Below are positions 1-10,060 of a stretch of 64,000 nt of DNA, in pieces. How positions within the stretch are numbered: the first letter of the stretch is position 1; every line of letters starts with the position of its first letter. The translations under genes were made by a program, and so were the position numbers. The stretch comes from Patescibacteria group bacterium UBA2773 (GTDB lineage: Bacteria; Patescibacteriota; Minisyncoccia; Moranbacterales; DUUL01). The notes under the pieces were generated by a model that was not told where the DNA came from, searched no databases, and was given only the letters and a program-made list of their open reading frames with translations. The stretch covers positions 64,777-128,776 of the forward strand of contig DEIN01000017.1 of NCBI GenBank assembly GCA_002352465.1. Direction: 5' to 3'.

Positions 1-1
1 G

Positions 2-313
2 GTGGCTTTGGGAACTTCATTGCCAGAATTGGCGGTTAGTTATACGGCGGTGCGAAAAGGAAACGTGGAAATTGCGATTGGCAATATTTTAGGTTCTAAT
101 ATTTTCAATTCGTTGGCGGTGATGGGAGTATCGGCGATGATTGGAACATTGGTGATATCTGATAGCGTCTTATTTTTTGGTCTTCCAATGATGATGGTGG
201 CAACTTTTATGTATGTTTTTATCACGCAAGATCGAAAAATTAACAAATGGAAGGGTGGATTTCTTTTAATTTTTTATGTTTTTTATATTGGTAAACTTTT
301 TGGGTGGTTTTGA
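2..313 (+). CDS. Calcium/sodium antiporter (YrbG-like), 5'-truncated by window edge
   Basis: ALGTSLPEL and GNILGSNIFN alpha-repeat motifs of the Na/Ca exchanger family. Confidence 0.9.
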   Translation: MALGTSLPELAVSYTAVRKGNVEIAIGNILGSNIFNSLAVMGVSAMIGTLVISDSVLFFGLPMMMVATFMYVFITQDRKINKWKGGFLLIFYVFYIGKLFGWF

Positions 314-332
314 TTTTTAAGACTTAGTTAAA

Positions 333-644
333 ATGAATAAAGGACTTTTGATTATTTTGGGAATTTTTATGGTCATTAATTTTATGGCATTTTTGATAAT
401 GTTGTGGGATAAAAATAAGTCAAAGAATTGGAATAATAAAAGAATTTCTGAGGGTTTATTGTTTTTTATGGCGACTTGTTTCGGAAGTATTGGGGTTTAT
501 GCCGGGATGTTTGTTTTTCGGCACAAAACTCAAAAATGGTATTTTTTAATGGGAATTCCATTGTTGATGATTCAAAACATTGCTTTAATCTACTTGATTT
601 TTTTATTAATTAATCGTATCGTAGCACAAAGAGTAGTTCTTTGA
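333..644 (+). CDS. DUF1294 family membrane protein
   Basis: DKxKS..RISE..L...GS.G...GM..FRHKTQK pattern. Confidence 0.9.
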   Translation: MNKGLLIILGIFMVINFMAFLIMLWDKNKSKNWNNKRISEGLLFFMATCFGSIGVYAGMFVFRHKTQKWYFLMGIPLLMIQNIALIYLIFLLINRIVAQRVVL

Positions 645-810
645 GAAAAAGTGAACAAATTTAAATTTAAATTTATTATTTTAAGAGGAGATCTATTTAA
701 GAAATTCGAAAAACAATATTTTTTGATTTAAGGTTTGGTCTGTATTATCTATAAACTGAATCTTATTTGATCATAATTATTTTTTTAAAAAATTATTGGG
801 AGGTAATTTA

Positions 811-1317
811 ATGGAAGATGGGAAAGACATTAAAAATCAAGTCCGTTTTTTTGACGAAAGTTTGTTGTCGGGTTGATTCTATTTTTGCTTAGAGCTTATT
901 TTGGCTTCTGGGCAGAAAAATTTTGATTTGAATTTTTTTTATCAACTAAGCGACGAAAGCGGTTGCTTTGAACGTGATTATAAGAATAAAATTTTGTTTT
1001 TTTGCGTTGTGAGTGAAGTCTTTACTTTTCTCGTCGGAACGAAAACGATTTGGAGTTAAATTCTTAAAAAAAATGAAAAATCTTTAATAGGATTGGCTAC
1101 AAAGTCAAAGTGGTCGCAAGAAATTCGCTTAATGGCGGTTCAATTAATTTTCTTTATAAACCGAAATAATTTCATTGTTGAAAGACTAGTCATCAAGGAA
1201 ATTGGTAATCCTGAAAACTGGAATTTCAGCAACGAACAAATGCGTCAAATTTGTTTTTCGAACGAAGAAAGTCAAAATTCTTTAGTTCAGATTATTACTA
1301 AAGGTTTTGGCATTTAA
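811..1317 (+). pseudogene. Probable pseudogene of unknown function (one frame, two internal stops)
   Basis: Strong SD GGGAGGT before ATG 811; the same frame continues through TGA 874-876 and TAA 1057-1059 into the listed ORF 1093..1317. Confidence 0.5.
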
Positions 1318-1324
1318 ATCAAAA

Positions 1325-1372
1325 AAAATCTAAAAAGTCCTGTTTTTTATTAATCAATAGGGTTTTTAGATT
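1325..1372. terminator. Hairpin between convergent genes
   Basis: AAATCTAAAAA..CCTG / TAGG.TTTTTAGATTT imperfect inverted repeat. Confidence 0.5.
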
Positions 1373-1380
1373 TATAGAAA

Positions 1381-1893
1381 CTATTTTATTTGAAGTGATT
1401 TGATTGCTTTGAGGGTAATCTCTTTTTTTCCAGTTTGATAGATATTGTTGGCAAGCGAAAGGGCTTCTTTTGGAGTGCACCATTGATAGTCGTCGAATTC
1501 GGTTCGTTTAATGTTCAACTTAGTTATCTTGGCTTGAATTTTTATGAATAAATAACGTTTACCTTTCATTTTAATTTCTTTACCAGCATCTGTTTTTAAT
1601 TCTCGAATTCCTTGAAATTTTGAAGAAAATTCAAGTTGATTTTCTTCGATAATGCTGATATCTTCAAAGTTACAATTTTTAGCAAAAGATTTACCTAATT
1701 CTTCAGTCATTTCTCGTTTTAAAGCTTCTCGAATGGTTTCTTGGTTGTCAATTCCGCCTTGAGGTAGTTGCCAAAGTTTATGGGCTTTTTTGTATAAAAA
1801 TAAAATTTTATCATTATTAATGAAACAACCGACAACTTGCGGACGAAAACCTTTTTTGCGAATGTTATCGATTATTCCTAGTTCTTCTGACAT
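1381..1893 (-). CDS. NUDIX hydrolase (RppH-like)
   Basis: WQLPQGGID..E...EALKREMTEELG Nudix box. Confidence 0.9.
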   Translation of the reverse strand: MSEELGIIDNIRKKGFRPQVVGCFINNDKILFLYKKAHKLWQLPQGGIDNQETIREALKREMTEELGKSFAKNCNFEDISIIEENQLEFSSKFQGIRELKTDAGKEIKMKGKRYLFIKIQAKITKLNIKRTEFDDYQWCTPKEALSLANNIYQTGKKEITLKAIKSLQIK

Positions 1894-1896
1894 AGT

Positions 1897-4800
1897 TTAA
1901 TTAGATATTTTAATATTTTCTTTTCCGACGATTTTTTCAAATTCAGTGATTACTTGTTTATTATACAGAATTTTTTGAGGAATTTCCAATTTTCCAGTTC
2001 GACCTGCGGTTGTGATAAAAATTTTGCTATTACCTTTGTTTGCATTTTTTAAAAAAGTCGAAATAGCTGAAAGTTTTTCTTGAGCTCGGTTTTTTTCAAT
2101 GTGAACGGTGATTTTTATGGATTTTTCAGTTTTAACTTTATTATTTCCTGTCTCATTGCTAAAAGATGAATTGACTCCAAAGCCTTCATGTTTACCTTCT
2201 TTCTTGAATTTTTGAAGTTCGAGTTCATCAACTAAGTTAACTTCTTCGCATAAAAGTTTGTATTCGCCATCTTTATCGGAAAGTTTTCCTTTAATTAGAA
2301 CAATTTTTTCTTCTTGCCAAATTTCTGGATTTTTTTCTAGTGTTTTAGGGAAAACTAAAATTTCCATTTTGCCCATTCCATCTTCAATAGTGTTGAACAT
2401 CATTAGTTTATTTCTTCGAGTATAAATTTTTTGAACCTTAGTAATAATTCCACCGAGGACAATAGTTTGATCAATTAATCCACTGTGAAGATTTCTAATT
2501 GGGATAGCGTGAGCAGAAAAATAATCTTGATAATTTCTTAACGGATGATCAGAAATGTAAAGGCCCAAAAGTTCTTTTTCCCAAGAGAGTTTAACTCGGT
2601 TGGTAGCTGGTTTTACAGTTTGAAGAGATATTTTGGGAATTTCTAATTTGGGTTGGTCTTTTCTCGCGATGCCAAAAAGAGAGGTTTGTCCAGAAGCTAC
2701 GGTTTTTTGATATTGTTTAGAATAGGCTAAAATAACCTCCATATTTTCGACTAAGCGATTTCTTTCGGTTAGATCGTCTAGCGCGCCAGATTTTCCCATT
2801 GCTTCTAATGATTTTTTATTTAAATCTCGGCACTGAACTCTTTCAACAATTTCTATTATATCTTTAAAAGTTCCATTTTTTTCTCTTTCTTTAATTAGTT
2901 CTGAAGCAATATTGGTTCCAACTCCCTTGATAGCTTCTAGCCCAAATCGAATTTTTGGTAAGGTTTTTTTCTTAGATTTGGCTTTTTTTCTGATTTTTTC
3001 TAATTCTTCTAAATTGTTCATAATAACCGCAAAATCGTTGAAACTTTCATTGATGTTGGGAGCGAGTACTTCAATTCCCATTTGACGTGATTCTTCAATT
3101 TCAATGGCAATTCGGTCAATATCATCTTTGTCAGAATTGAGTAGCGCGGCCATAAATTGAGCGGGGTAGTGAGCTTTGAGGTAGGCTGTTTGGTAGCCAA
3201 TCAAGGCATAGCAAGCGGCGTGTGAACGATTGAAACCGTAGCCGGCGAAGGGTTCAATAAATGAAAAAACTTTTTCAGCTAATTCTTCCCTAACTTCATT
3301 CGTAACACAGCCTTCAATGAATTTTTTCTTTTGTTCTTGAATCATTTCGTGAATTTTTTTACCCATCGCTTTTCGGAGAACATCAGCTTCGCCTGGAGTA
3401 AAACCGGCTAATTCTCGTGAAATTTGCATTACTTGTTCTTGATAAACAGCTACTCCATAGGTGTTTTCTAAAATTGGTTTGAGCTTGGGATGCAAATATT
3501 CAACTTTTTTAGTGCCATGTTTTCCGCCGATAAAGTCTGGAATCCATTCCATCGGACCGGGTCGATAGAGGGCAACCATAGCGATAATGTCTTCGAAAAC
3601 AGTGGGTTTTAGTTTTTTGAGATAGCGTTTCATTCCAGATGATTCTAGCTGAAAAACTCCAGTAGTATCTCCGTTTTGTAAAAGGTTAAAAGTTTTTTTG
3701 TCGTCTAACGGTAGAATATCAATGTCGATTATGTCGCCAGTGGTTTTTTTGATAATACTAAGAGCATTTTGGATGATTGTCAGATTTTTTAGTCCCAAAA
3801 AATCCATTTTAACTAAACCAATTTTTTCAACGTAAGAAGATCTGGAAGAGCCATTGTATTGGGTCACCATACCTTGATCTTCTTTGCCGGCCATATATTG
3901 AAGTGGAGTATATTCAACTACTGGTTTAGGGGTGATTACGACTCCACAGGCGTGAACTGAAGCGTGACGAGCTACGCCTTCTAATCGAACGGCGGCGTCT
4001 AAAATTTGACGAGCATCTTCATTGGTTTTGTATTCATTCTTTAATTCAGCGGTGTTTTCCATAGCGTCTTTCAAGCCAGTAAAGGCTGGGACCAGCTTGG
4101 AAAGTTTGTCACAATAGGAATATTCAAAATCAAGGACTCTTCCGGCATCTCGAATAGCGGCTTTGGCGGCCATTGTTCCAAAGGTAATAATTTGAGCGAC
4201 GTGGTCGTGACCAAAAGTATCTCGAACGTAAGCCAAAACATCGTCTCGGCGATCGTCTGGAAAATCAAGATCAATATCAGGTAGAGAAATTCGATCAGGG
4301 TTTAAAAAACGTTCGAATAAAAGTTTGAATTCGATTGGGTCAATGTTGGTTATTCCGGTTAGATAGGCAATGATACTGCCGGCGGCACTTCCACGACCAG
4401 GTCCGACAATAATTTCGTGGTTCTTGGCCCAATTAACAAAATCTTGAACAATTAGAAAATAGCCAGCAAAACCCATTTTTTTGATTACTCCTAATTCAAA
4501 TTCTAGTCGTTCCAGGTGTCCTTTAGTGATGTTTTCTCCATAGCGTTTGGGCAGACCTTCTTCGCAAAGTTTGCGTAAATAAGATTGAGGTGTGAAGCCT
4601 TTTGGAACTTTATAATTAGGTAATTTGTGGTTGCCGAATTCAATTTCTACATTGCACATTTTTGCAATTTTTCGGGTGTTTTTAAGGGCTTCGGGGGTGT
4701 CTTTAAAAAGCTCATGCATTTTTTCTGGACTTCTTAAATGAAGCTTGAAGTCTTTCATTGAAAATCGATTGGGATCACTTATTTTTTTTCCAGTTTGGAG

Positions 4801-5475
4801 ACACATTAGAATATCTTGAACATGGGCGTCATCTTCATTGACATAGTGAACGTCGGCGGTTGCCACTAAAGGAATGCCAGTTTTTTTAGAAATTTCTTTT
4901 AGTCCCTTATTGGCAATATTCTGTTTTTCTAATTGTGGTAAATATTGAAGTTCGAGATAATAATTTCCTTTGCCTAATATTTCTTGATATTCTAGTGCTT
5001 TTTCAGTGGCTTCTTTCATTTTTCCACCAATGACTAATTGTGAAATATGACCTTGGACACAACCACTACAACCAATTAAACCTTCGGAGTATTTTTTTAA
5101 GACTTCCATATCAATTCGAGGTTTATAGTAAAAACCTTTGAGATGAGCTTCAGTTACCAATTTCATTAAATTTTGATAGCCTTTATTATTTTTGGCTAAT
5201 AAGATTAAATGAAAACGTTCTTCGTCAACGCGCGGGCGTTTATTTTTTAAACCGTTGGGAGCGAAATAAAATTCGCAACCAATAATTGGTTTAATCCCAG
5301 CTTTTTTGGCTTTTTGATAAAATTCAATTACCCCATACATTGTTCCGTGGTCAGTGATTGCCATTGAATCCATATTAAATTCTTTGGCTCGATCTAAAAG
5401 ATCGTCAATTTTTCCTAGGCCATCTAGTAAACTATAATGGGTATGAACATGTAAATGGGTGAATTTTTTATTCAC
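1897..5475 (-). CDS. dnaE: DNA polymerase III alpha subunit
   Basis: PHP domain HLHVHTHYSLLDG, GRGSAAGS, PDIDLDF, KMDFLGL, YGFNRSHA; no intein visible. Confidence 0.99.
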   Translation of the reverse strand: MNKKFTHLHVHTHYSLLDGLGKIDDLLDRAKEFNMDSMAITDHGTMYGVIEFYQKAKKAGIKPIIGCEFYFAPNGLKNKRPRVDEERFHLILLAKNNKGYQNLMKLVTEAHLKGFYYKPRIDMEVLKKYSEGLIGCSGCVQGHISQLVIGGKMKEATEKALEYQEILGKGNYYLELQYLPQLEKQNIANKGLKEISKKTGIPLVATADVHYVNEDDAHVQDILMCLQTGKKISDPNRFSMKDFKLHLRSPEKMHELFKDTPEALKNTRKIAKMCNVEIEFGNHKLPNYKVPKGFTPQSYLRKLCEEGLPKRYGENITKGHLERLEFELGVIKKMGFAGYFLIVQDFVNWAKNHEIIVGPGRGSAAGSIIAYLTGITNIDPIEFKLLFERFLNPDRISLPDIDLDFPDDRRDDVLAYVRDTFGHDHVAQIITFGTMAAKAAIRDAGRVLDFEYSYCDKLSKLVPAFTGLKDAMENTAELKNEYKTNEDARQILDAAVRLEGVARHASVHACGVVITPKPVVEYTPLQYMAGKEDQGMVTQYNGSSRSSYVEKIGLVKMDFLGLKNLTIIQNALSIIKKTTGDIIDIDILPLDDKKTFNLLQNGDTTGVFQLESSGMKRYLKKLKPTVFEDIIAMVALYRPGPMEWIPDFIGGKHGTKKVEYLHPKLKPILENTYGVAVYQEQVMQISRELAGFTPGEADVLRKAMGKKIHEMIQEQKKKFIEGCVTNEVREELAEKVFSFIEPFAGYGFNRSHAACYALIGYQTAYLKAHYPAQFMAALLNSDKDDIDRIAIEIEESRQMGIEVLAPNINESFNDFAVIMNNLEELEKIRKKAKSKKKTLPKIRFGLEAIKGVGTNIASELIKEREKNGTFKDIIEIVERVQCRDLNKKSLEAMGKSGALDDLTERNRLVENMEVILAYSKQYQKTVASGQTSLFGIARKDQPKLEIPKISLQTVKPATNRVKLSWEKELLGLYISDHPLRNYQDYFSAHAIPIRNLHSGLIDQTIVLGGIITKVQKIYTRRNKLMMFNTIEDGMGKMEILVFPKTLEKNPEIWQEEKIVLIKGKLSDKDGEYKLLCEEVNLVDELELQKFKKEGKHEGFGVNSSFSNETGNNKVKTEKSIKITVHIEKNRAQEKLSAISTFLKNANKGNSKIFITTAGRTGKLEIPQKILYNKQVITEFEKIVGKENIKISN

Positions 5476-5614
5476 ATTTAGAAATTATTTTTTATTGAAA
5501 GATTTTTATAGATAACTTTATCTTTTTCCATAATATCATTATTCAATTTTATTGTAAAAGAAATTTTGATGTGATAAAATTTTATTAGAATTTGTTTTAA
5601 TTAAATAAAAAACA

Positions 5615-7231
5615 ATGAATAAAAATAAAAGAGGACCGGTAGTGCTTTGTATTTTGGATGGTTGGGGTGAGACGGGAGAAATTCGAGGAAATCCGATTTT
5701 GAAAGCTAATTTACCAACAATTAAAAAACTTGATGAATATTATCCTAAAACTTATTTACAGGCTTCTGGAATTGCTGTTGGTTTGCCTTGGGGTGTTGTT
5801 GGAAATTCGGAAGTTGGACATCAAGCGATGGGAACTGGTCAAATTATTTATCAAAAATTACCAATTATCAACACTGCCATTCAAGATGGAACTTTTTTTG
5901 AAAATGAAACTTTAATTAAATCAATTGAATTTGCCAAAGAGCATAAATCTAGAATTCACTTGTTTGGTTTAGTTAGTGATGGAGGTGTTCATTCTCATGT
6001 GGAGCATTTATTTGCTTTGCTAGAGGTGATGAAAAATAATAAATTTGACGATGTTTTTATTCACGTTGTCACCGATGGTCGGGATACTGCGCCTAGAAGT
6101 GCCAGGGCTTTTTTGGCTGATTTATTAAATAAAATTAAACAAATTGGGGTAGGTGAAATTGCTACTATTGGGGGTCGTTACTATGCAATGGATAGAAGTC
6201 AGAATTGGGATCGGATTGAAAAAGCTTATAATGCGATGGTTTATGGAGAGGGAATAAAAGCAAAAGACCCAGTTAAAGCTGTTGAAGATCAATATAAAAA
6301 AGACATTTCTGATGAATTTTTTGAACCGATAGTAATCGAAAAAACTGCTGGAAAACCAGTGGCAAAAATAAAAGAAGATGATGTTTTTATTTGTTTCAAT
6401 TTTCGAAAAGATCGAGCGAAACAAATAACCGAGGCTTTTGCTTTAAATAATTTTGAAGAATTTGAAAAGATTAACCCAATTAAAAAGATTAAAGTGATTT
6501 GTTTTACTGAATATGAGGTTGGATTGCCAGTCGATATTGTTTTTGTTTCACAGAAAATTACTTCTAGAGTGGGGGCGGAAATTGAAAAAGCTAATTTAAG
6601 TCAATTACGAATAGCTGAAACGGAAAAGTTTGCTCATGTTACGTATTTTTTTGATGGAGGGAAAATGATTGATTATAAAAATCAGGAAAAAATTCATGTT
6701 TTATCAAAAAAAGTTTCTTCTTATGCCAAATTGCCAGAAATGAGTGCGCAAGAAGTGACTGACAAGATAGTTGAAGCCTTGGAAAGTAAAAAGCATCCAG
6801 ACTTTATTTTAGTGAATTATGCCAATCCGGATATGGTTGGGCATACTGGTGATTTTGATGCAGGGATTAAGGCAGTTGAATTTACTGATAAATGTCTAGG
6901 AACATTAATAGAAAAAACTTTAATGTTAAATGGAGCTTTAATTGTCACGGCTGATCATGGTAATGTTGAGGAAATGGTTAATTTATCAACCGGCGATATT
7001 GACACTGAACATTCTAATAATCCGGTTCCGTGCTGGTTGGTTAAGCCTGATAATCATCAGTCGAAAAATAAGTCAATTGAAGGAAGTGAAGAAATTAATA
7101 GATTTGAAATTGGGGGATTTTTGTCTGATATTGCTCCTACGGTTTTGGAATTATTGGAAATTAAAAAATCAAATAAAATGACTGGAGATAGTTTAGTACC
7201 TTTGTTTAATGGAGAATTTTATGAAGAATAA
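5615..7231 (+). CDS. gpmI: 2,3-bisphosphoglycerate-independent phosphoglycerate mutase
   Basis: ILDGWG, GNSEVGH, DGRD, NPDMVGHTG, TADHGN motifs. Confidence 0.98.
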   Translation: MNKNKRGPVVLCILDGWGETGEIRGNPILKANLPTIKKLDEYYPKTYLQASGIAVGLPWGVVGNSEVGHQAMGTGQIIYQKLPIINTAIQDGTFFENETLIKSIEFAKEHKSRIHLFGLVSDGGVHSHVEHLFALLEVMKNNKFDDVFIHVVTDGRDTAPRSARAFLADLLNKIKQIGVGEIATIGGRYYAMDRSQNWDRIEKAYNAMVYGEGIKAKDPVKAVEDQYKKDISDEFFEPIVIEKTAGKPVAKIKEDDVFICFNFRKDRAKQITEAFALNNFEEFEKINPIKKIKVICFTEYEVGLPVDIVFVSQKITSRVGAEIEKANLSQLRIAETEKFAHVTYFFDGGKMIDYKNQEKIHVLSKKVSSYAKLPEMSAQEVTDKIVEALESKKHPDFILVNYANPDMVGHTGDFDAGIKAVEFTDKCLGTLIEKTLMLNGALIVTADHGNVEEMVNLSTGDIDTEHSNNPVPCWLVKPDNHQSKNKSIEGSEEINRFEIGGFLSDIAPTVLELLEIKKSNKMTGDSLVPLFNGEFYEE

Positions 7232-7259
7232 AAAAACCAGAAATTAATTCTGGCTTTTT
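7232..7259. terminator. Bidirectional terminator-like hairpin
   Basis: A-tract, CCAGAA-loop-TTCTGG, T-tract between convergent genes. Confidence 0.6.
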
Positions 7260-7272
7260 GAATAAAGTTGAA

Positions 7273-7458
7273 TTACTTTGTTTGATCAACTGTTATCGCA
7301 TCTGTAGGGCATTGATTAGCGGCTTTATCGGCACATTCCAAGTCATCACCTTCAATGACTTCAGCTTTCATTGTGTCGGTGTTTAGTTTGAAAATTTTAG
7401 GGCAAATCTCGGTGCATCTACCGCATCCAATGCAAGTATCAGGATTGATTTCTATCAT
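7273..7458 (-). CDS. Ferredoxin (single Fe-S cluster)
   Basis: CIGCGRCTEICP ... CPTDAI. Confidence 0.92.
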   Translation of the reverse strand: MIEINPDTCIGCGRCTEICPKIFKLNTDTMKAEVIEGDDLECADKAANQCPTDAITVDQTK

Positions 7459-7618
7459 TATTTTTTATTAATTTTTAACTCTAAATGGATTAACTTTATT
7501 TAGTATAACATATCTCTTGAAATCATTTCAAGCTTATGTTAAAATAGTCTGGTATCTGGTTGAGAGAATTTTTTATAAAGTATTCGTATACTTAATACTT
7601 AATACTATAAATATACAT

Positions 7619-7692
7619 GGCGACTATAGTTCAGTGGTAGAACACTGGTTTGTGGTACCAGCTATGAGGGTTCGATTCCCTCTAGTCGCCCA
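7619..7692 (+). tRNA. tRNA-His (GUG) with encoded G-1
   Basis: Acceptor GCGACTA/TAGTCGC, D arm, anticodon arm CTGGT-TTGTGGT-ACCAG, T loop GGTTCGATTCC, G-1:C73. Confidence 0.96.
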
Positions 7693-7755
7693 GAATCCAA
7701 AACCGCTCCCTTTAGGGAGTGGTTTTTCGGATTCTGGAGCGACTAGAGGGAATCG
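7673..7755. repeat. Long inverted repeat: terminator hairpin extended by an antisense copy of the tRNA 3' end
   Basis: CGATTCCCTCTAGTCGC-CCAGAATCC-AAAACCGCTCCC pairs with GGGAGTGGTTTT-GGATTCTGG-GCGACTAGAGGGAATCG. Confidence 0.9.
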
Positions 7756-7882
7756 GACAGACGGAGGTCCTAGATTGCGAATAAATAGAAAATGAACTGA
7801 AATCAAATTATCAATTTGATGGTTCAAATTTATTTTTTGATTGTCGTGTATACTATAGATGCATCTATTTTAAAATTATTTT

Positions 7883-9244
7883 TTATAAATTTCCTTTTTT
7901 AATTTCTTCAATCATCGTTCCGAATTTTGCATAATATTCATCCCATTGTCGGCCGGACCAATCTTCGGGTTTTTCGAGGATGATTTGATTGGGACTAGGG
8001 TAGTTGGCTGGATTGTCATAAAAACTTTTAAAAACATCTTGAAAAACTTCTTGATCTTGTTGGTCTTTAACAATTTGCTTCAGAGAAGTTCTTAATTTCC
8101 CTTCAGGGGTTCTTTCTATGATTTCTGGACCAATTAGCTCAACGTTGAACAAGTCTTCCTTAGAATAGAAATCAATAAAGAATTTTTTGGCAGGTTTATC
8201 AATTCTGGTTTGAATCAATAAATAGTCTTGAGTGGTATTTTTTATTTTTAAATCAGGCTTGGGGACATAGACGGTGGCGTCAGTTCCGGGCGGATTATAA
8301 TAGTGAACTGGATAGGAGTGGTTGTGTCTCTCAGTCACTTTTAGTCCAGCATTTAGTGCGGCTCGAAACATTGTGGTCGAGAGTTGACAAATTCCTCCTC
8401 CAAATTCAGGAACAGTTTGATTCTTTTTGATAACTAATTCTTCTTTGTAACCAGTAGTTTCGTCTACTTCGCCTAAGATGGTAGTGAAAGAGAATTCTTC
8501 TTTTGGCTTGATTACTAGACCATCAAATTTTTTGGCAGCAGTTTCAATATTGTAAATCCTGGTTTGAGAAGAACCAGTAAAATCAGATTTTCCAGTTCCA
8601 ATTAATTCTTTTATTTGATATTTATCAAGGTTGTTGCTGGAAATTTCGGGTGGAGTTTCGATGACAACTAGAGGAATATAAGAACTTTTAGGATTTTCGA
8701 TAAAGCTTTCTTTGATTTTTTGATAACTGTCTGCGACTACTAGCTCAGTTCCATTTTGACTTTTTTCTAAAATCGATATTTGTTTAGCATTGTTTATTTT
8801 GAATTTTGCATCAATTGGAATCTGATTAATATTTTTGGAAATTGATCTTAAAAATTCTTTGGTTTCGTCTTCTTTAAGAAAAATGGTAGAACTTTTTCGA
8901 TAATTTAATTTGTTCTCATAAAGTTGTTCTAATTCTAGATAAGCATTCTTGAGCAGATTTTCTTGATTATTTAGTAAGGGATCTTCAATCTCCGATGAAT
9001 AGTTAGTGTCGAAAACTAATTGATAGTCCCATTCAATAAAGTCCTTGAGATAGAAGAGACTAGCATTTTCTTTATTGTTTCCAAATAAGTAAAAAGGTTT
9101 TTCTAGGATTTCTTGTAAGGGTTTGTTTTTGAAAAATCCAAGTTTATTTTTTTCTTCAGAAGCCTGAACATTATTAAAAACGCTTGTTAAAAAAATCAAG
9201 ATAAAAAGTAAGATTAGATTTTTTTGATATTTTTTCATTTTCAT
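7883..9244 (-). CDS. VanW family protein with N-terminal signal/TM
   Basis: GGGICQLSTTMFRAAL..GL.VTERHNHS, PGTDATV; start moved to ATG 9244/9238 because 9292 lies inside a terminator hairpin. Confidence 0.9.
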   Translation of the reverse strand: MKMKKYQKNLILLFILIFLTSVFNNVQASEEKNKLGFFKNKPLQEILEKPFYLFGNNKENASLFYLKDFIEWDYQLVFDTNYSSEIEDPLLNNQENLLKNAYLELEQLYENKLNYRKSSTIFLKEDETKEFLRSISKNINQIPIDAKFKINNAKQISILEKSQNGTELVVADSYQKIKESFIENPKSSYIPLVVIETPPEISSNNLDKYQIKELIGTGKSDFTGSSQTRIYNIETAAKKFDGLVIKPKEEFSFTTILGEVDETTGYKEELVIKKNQTVPEFGGGICQLSTTMFRAALNAGLKVTERHNHSYPVHYYNPPGTDATVYVPKPDLKIKNTTQDYLLIQTRIDKPAKKFFIDFYSKEDLFNVELIGPEIIERTPEGKLRTSLKQIVKDQQDQEVFQDVFKSFYDNPANYPSPNQIILEKPEDWSGRQWDEYYAKFGTMIEEIKKGNL

Positions 9245-9279
9245 TCTGGTTTTTATGGAAGGTTCTTCAGCTTTAAAAA

Positions 9280-9305
9280 TTAAGACCAGCATTGGCTGGT
9301 CTTAA
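9280..9305 (-). terminator. Hairpin downstream of Hsp20 gene
   Basis: TTAAGACCAGC-ATTG-GCTGGTCTTAA perfect stem. Confidence 0.65.
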
Positions 9306-9334
9306 CTATCATATAAAAGAGGAGAAGACTTAAT

Positions 9335-9991
9335 TTAGAAGCCTCGAACTTGTAATTTCCTGGTTTTAGCTACTTCTATTTTTGGCAATCGAATGGTTAA
9401 AATTCCGTTTTTCATGGTAGCTTCAGCTTTTTCGGTAATAATTTCTACTGGCAAAATTATTGAACGGGAGAAAGGTCCCCAATAACATTCTTGATAGTAA
9501 TAATTCTCAGCGTCAACTTCGTCGTCTTGAGTTCTTTTTCCCTTAACAGTCACCATCTCACTGTTGATATCAACATCTAAATTTTCTGGTTTAACTCCGG
9601 CGATAGTTGATTTAATGACAATATCTTTGTCTGTTTGATAAACATCGATTGTTAATTGTCCTTCGGCATCAACTTCTAGATCTTCGTCTGGAATTTCTTC
9701 TTTTTTGATTTCTTTGGTAGGTTTTTCAACTTCTTCAAAAGGATCTGGATCATTTTTTTTTGGTGGTTCTGCTTGAACATCATCTTCTTTATTTTCTTCT
9801 TCTTTCGAAAAAAAATCGTTTTCTGGTTCTTCCTCTTTTTTTGATGTATCTTTTGTTGGAAATTCATAAGCATCATCTTCGACCAATTCTTTTTTTGGAA
9901 GAGAAGAATTGTTTATTTCGATTTCGCTTTCATCGTCAATTTTTTGAATACCAGTAAGCTTTTCGAAAAAAGATTTTTTTTGTTTTGTCAT
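9335..9991 (-). CDS. Hsp20/alpha-crystallin family protein with acidic N-terminal extension
   Basis: GQLTIDVYQT...ECYWGPFSRSIILP...NGILTIRLPK. Confidence 0.92.
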   Translation of the reverse strand: MTKQKKSFFEKLTGIQKIDDESEIEINNSSLPKKELVEDDAYEFPTKDTSKKEEEPENDFFSKEEENKEDDVQAEPPKKNDPDPFEEVEKPTKEIKKEEIPDEDLEVDAEGQLTIDVYQTDKDIVIKSTIAGVKPENLDVDINSEMVTVKGKRTQDDEVDAENYYYQECYWGPFSRSIILPVEIITEKAEATMKNGILTIRLPKIEVAKTRKLQVRGF

Positions 9992-10060
9992 GATTTTTTG
10001 ATTATTTAAAATGATAGGAGATTTCTCCTTGAATATTTATAATTATTTTAACAAGTATTT

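Noticed and set aside
874-876. TGA recoding (code 25 or selenocysteine)
   Set aside because: TGA ends genes at 313, 644 and 20739; long genes have no internal TGA; a TAA also interrupts this frame
1897-5475. Intein or split dnaE
   Set aside because: Normal length and continuous motifs; only a short lysine-rich loop insertion
7517-7827. ORFs 7517..7795 and 7624..7827
   Set aside because: They overlap tRNA-His and its inverted repeat; their shared peptide is a palindrome artefact
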